Shown in pieces: positions 60,912 through 64,000 of a stretch of 64,000 bases of DNA (positions within the stretch are counted from its first letter, which is position 1; every line of letters starts with the position of its first letter). The stretch lies in NCBI GenBank assembly GCA_964016885.1, contig OZ024740.1, forward strand, positions 384,524,001 to 384,588,000, in the 5' to 3' direction. Source of the DNA: Eledone cirrhosa (Eukaryota). Position numbers and translations under genes: made by a program. A model generated the notes under the pieces. That model was not told the DNA's origin. It did not search any database and saw only the letters and a program-made list of their open reading frames with translations.

Positions 60912-61576
60912 GTGTGTATGTGTGTGTAAGTTTGTGTGTCTATTCCATGTGCCTTGGCAGGTGAGTGGATGAAACGTTAGAAAATCGTGCAACATAACTT
61001 ATAGATTTTTGTTGAATTCCGTTATGCTCTGAGTTAAATGTCCCACACCCTCAAAACTCCACTTTTCTTTGCCTCTTTCCGAAATCGATAAATTATCTAT
61101 TGGTGTTAACACAATGGGGAAACCTCTATTGGGTCACTTGATCTACGAGAAACTGCAGCCAGAGCTACATCAAATCACACACGCACATTAAAAATAAGAC
61201 ATTCTTTAATGTAGTTGAAGACAGTGTCTGAATTAAATAATAATCTCATTGATGGTTACAACACATATTGCTCAGATTGCATATATATATACGTGCATGT
61301 GTCTGCTTGTGTGTTGGTGTTGTGTGTGCAAGCGTATGTCTTCTGTGTATGAGTTTGTGTGTAAATGTGTGTAATAGCAGCAACATATGTCTGTTGAAAC
61401 CTGTGTTTATGTATTCACATTAACGTGTGTGTTTGTATGGTCTCACCGTCTGTATCTATAATTCTATTTTTATCCTGTAACCATATATATATATTTATGC
61501 ATATATGTGTGTATTTAAATACACACATACGTATAAATACACACATACGTACACACATACCCACATGCACACATAC

Positions 61577-61703
61577 AAACATACATACATACATACATAC
61601 ATACATACCTACCTACCTACCTACCTACATACATACATACATACATACATACATACATACATACATACATACATACATACATACATACATACATACATAC
61701 ATA
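61577..61703. repeat. (CATA)n microsatellite
   Basis: Direct reading. Confidence 0.95.
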
Positions 61704-62110
61704 CTTGTACAGGGTGAGAATAGAGAAAGGGTAAGGGTTTTTCTCAGCACCAAAATACTGGTTCAGATGATTCCAGACTAATCTAGTAAATATTTGTTTA
61801 TGCAACTGACAATTGTGATAAGTTCTATGTCTATTCTATTGAAATTTCACTATTACACACAAGAATAACACTGCAAGTTTTCAGTCAGTAGAGCCTAGAA
61901 CACATGAATATAGAGGGTTAAATATCAAATTAAGATACTGGAAATAATTTGAATATGGTGTATAGATTAACATCTTTTCAAAAGATTACCATAGATGGCT
62001 TCGTCATTGAAAACGAATATCCTATAGCAATCTAGGTAAGTTATATGTATTTATATATATATACATAAACACATATAATGTTCCAGTTTTCACTATATAT
62101 ATATATATAT

Positions 62111-62277
<167 letters not shown>

Positions 62278-62279
62278 TA

Positions 62280-62353
<74 letters not shown>

Positions 62354-62373
62354 CATAATATATACATACACAT

Positions 62374-62421
<48 letters not shown>

Positions 62422-62776
62422 CTGTGTATGTGTGTGTTCGTACGTATGTGTGTATGTGTGACTGTGTGTATTCTATATATGGAGAGTTGTGAGATGTAAT
62501 TAAGAATGTTTTGGGAAAGTCGGTACAATGGGTATAGGAAATATAATGATAGAACTAGAATAGCGTAATATAAATATGACAATGCAAAGCAGTACGTTTA
62601 TTTCTTATATTTCGAGGTTAGAAATTTTTTATCAAATTAAGAAAAGAAAATTGATGAGTCGCGTCCTTACGAAAGATTTATTTTGTGTGTCTGACCGATG
62701 GTGGAAGTTGGTCAAGAGAAACGTGACCTTTCAGAGTAGCCAACCGGACCCATGACACTTAAAACTCTCTTTACAG

Positions 62777-62829
62777 TCTTGTCTGATGATACCATGAATT
62801 AGTGCGCAGGTGAAACTCCAGAGTAAAGA
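62777..62829 (+). ncRNA. Isolated hammerhead with damaged stem I
   Basis: TCTTGT-CTGATGA-TACC..GGT-GAAA-CTC(CA)GAG-TA-AAGA. Confidence 0.6.
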
Positions 62830-62858
62830 AACTCAACTCTCAGCCACAAGATATATAT

Positions 62859-62910
<52 letters not shown>

Positions 62911-63030
62911 TTAAAAGAATAGAGGTGTAACACACAAGTTATTATATATTGGTAAACGGAATAGAAAATGCTGACAAATTGTTCACAGTGAACAATTTGT
63001 CACCATTTTCTATTCCGTTTACCAATATAT
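62911..63030. mobile_element. Family B pLTR-tip hairpin, 1-nt spacer at 62987
   Basis: 62944-62986 is the reverse complement of 62988-63030. Confidence 0.85.
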
Positions 63031-63047
63031 ATATATATATATATATA

Positions 63048-63727
63048 TAAGAAAGTATTGAAGTTTGCTTGGAGCATTCTGGAATAATAAGGTAAATTTC
63101 TTTAAGTCGTTTGGAAGCCTCGACAATGCAGATGGGTAAATCTCCGGGTAACAAGATCCGGTGGTGGAGAGAGAGATATAAGTGGGTGTACGTTGAGATG
63201 CGTGGCGTGTATAAGACTGTAACGTGTAGAGGAATGAAGGAAAGATCGTAAAGGATAAAAATAAAAATAACAACACGAGAAAGAGTCACCTTGGGAGAGA
63301 TTTAATTCACATCCATCAACTGGGGGTTTTCCGGGGGAGGGGGAAGGTTGTCTGTCGGAAAGGTGCGAAACGTGTCCTCCGCTGTTCGTTGATTTGAATA
63401 TCATATTCAAAACAACGAACAGCGGAGGACACGTTTCGCACGTTTCCGACAGACAACCCCTACCCCCCTAAAAAAACCCATTTGATGGATGTGAATCCGA
63501 AATATATAGGGACAATTAAATCTATCCCAAGGTAACTCTTTCACGTGTTGTTATTTTTATCCTTTACGATATTTCCTTCATTCCTCTACACGTTACAGTC
63601 TTATACACGCCACGCATCTCAACGTACACCCACTTACATCTCTCTCTCCACCACCGGATCTTGTTACCCGGAGATTTACTATCTACATTGTCGAGGCTTC
63701 CAAACGACTTCTAAAGAAATTTACCAT
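63048..63727. repeat. Fold-back element with about 310-bp arms, axis near 63402, in (TA)n
   Basis: TTGAATAT-C-ATATTCAA centre; arms about 63092-63401 and 63403-63725. Confidence 0.88.
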
Positions 63728-64000
63728 ATATATATATATAAATGTATATATATATATATATATGTGCGTGTGTGTGTGTTTCTGTGTGTTAAAAACGTTA
63801 TTTTTCTCTGATTTTATTTTCTCCAAGATAAACTTTGTTTTCTATGTGTTGCTTGTAACTGTCTGAAGAGGTCATAGCTGTTGAATTGTTTATAAATTTA
63901 CTCGGGAATTTACAGACCCTCATATTGACCTAGTTGAGTGCTCTACCCTGTATACCGAAGTGTTGCTGTTGAACTAACACATAATCTAATCTAATATATA

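Noticed and set aside
63860-63985. CTGAAGA-GGTCA..TGACC possible long-stem hammerhead
   Set aside because: No GAAA after stem II and no stem I partner before the TA run.

Overview
AT-rich, repeat-saturated animal genomic DNA with no supportable host gene. The microsatellite load and the tRNA-derived SINE family suggest a cephalopod such as Octopus (inference). Most ORF-track entries are (TA)n/(CA)n read-throughs. The real content is: (i) at least five coding families of Penelope-like retroelements (PLEs; RT plus C-terminal GIY-YIG), almost all anchored in (TA)n, plus many pseudo-LTR (pLTR)-only pieces; (ii) R4/Dong-type RLE LINEs (one nearly full length), RTE and CR1-like 3' ends, mariner and hAT relics; (iii) a tRNA-derived SINE, including a tandem of four. 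Reading both strands by eye found about 25 type I hammerhead ribozyme (HHR) motifs from about 12 unrelated families. Many have non-canonical cores (U3-A8, A4, U9, C13) or 20-80 nt insertions in stem II, and some show stem I covariation between copies. PLE-derived inserts are repeatedly head-to-head fold-backs with both 3' ends in (TA)n, including a junction between two different families. Two ORF-less, terminally redundant HHR units (about 432 and 502 nt) look like retrozyme-type non-autonomous elements. Family letters A-K are my own labels. All alignments and folds were done by eye, and no ribozyme activity is shown.
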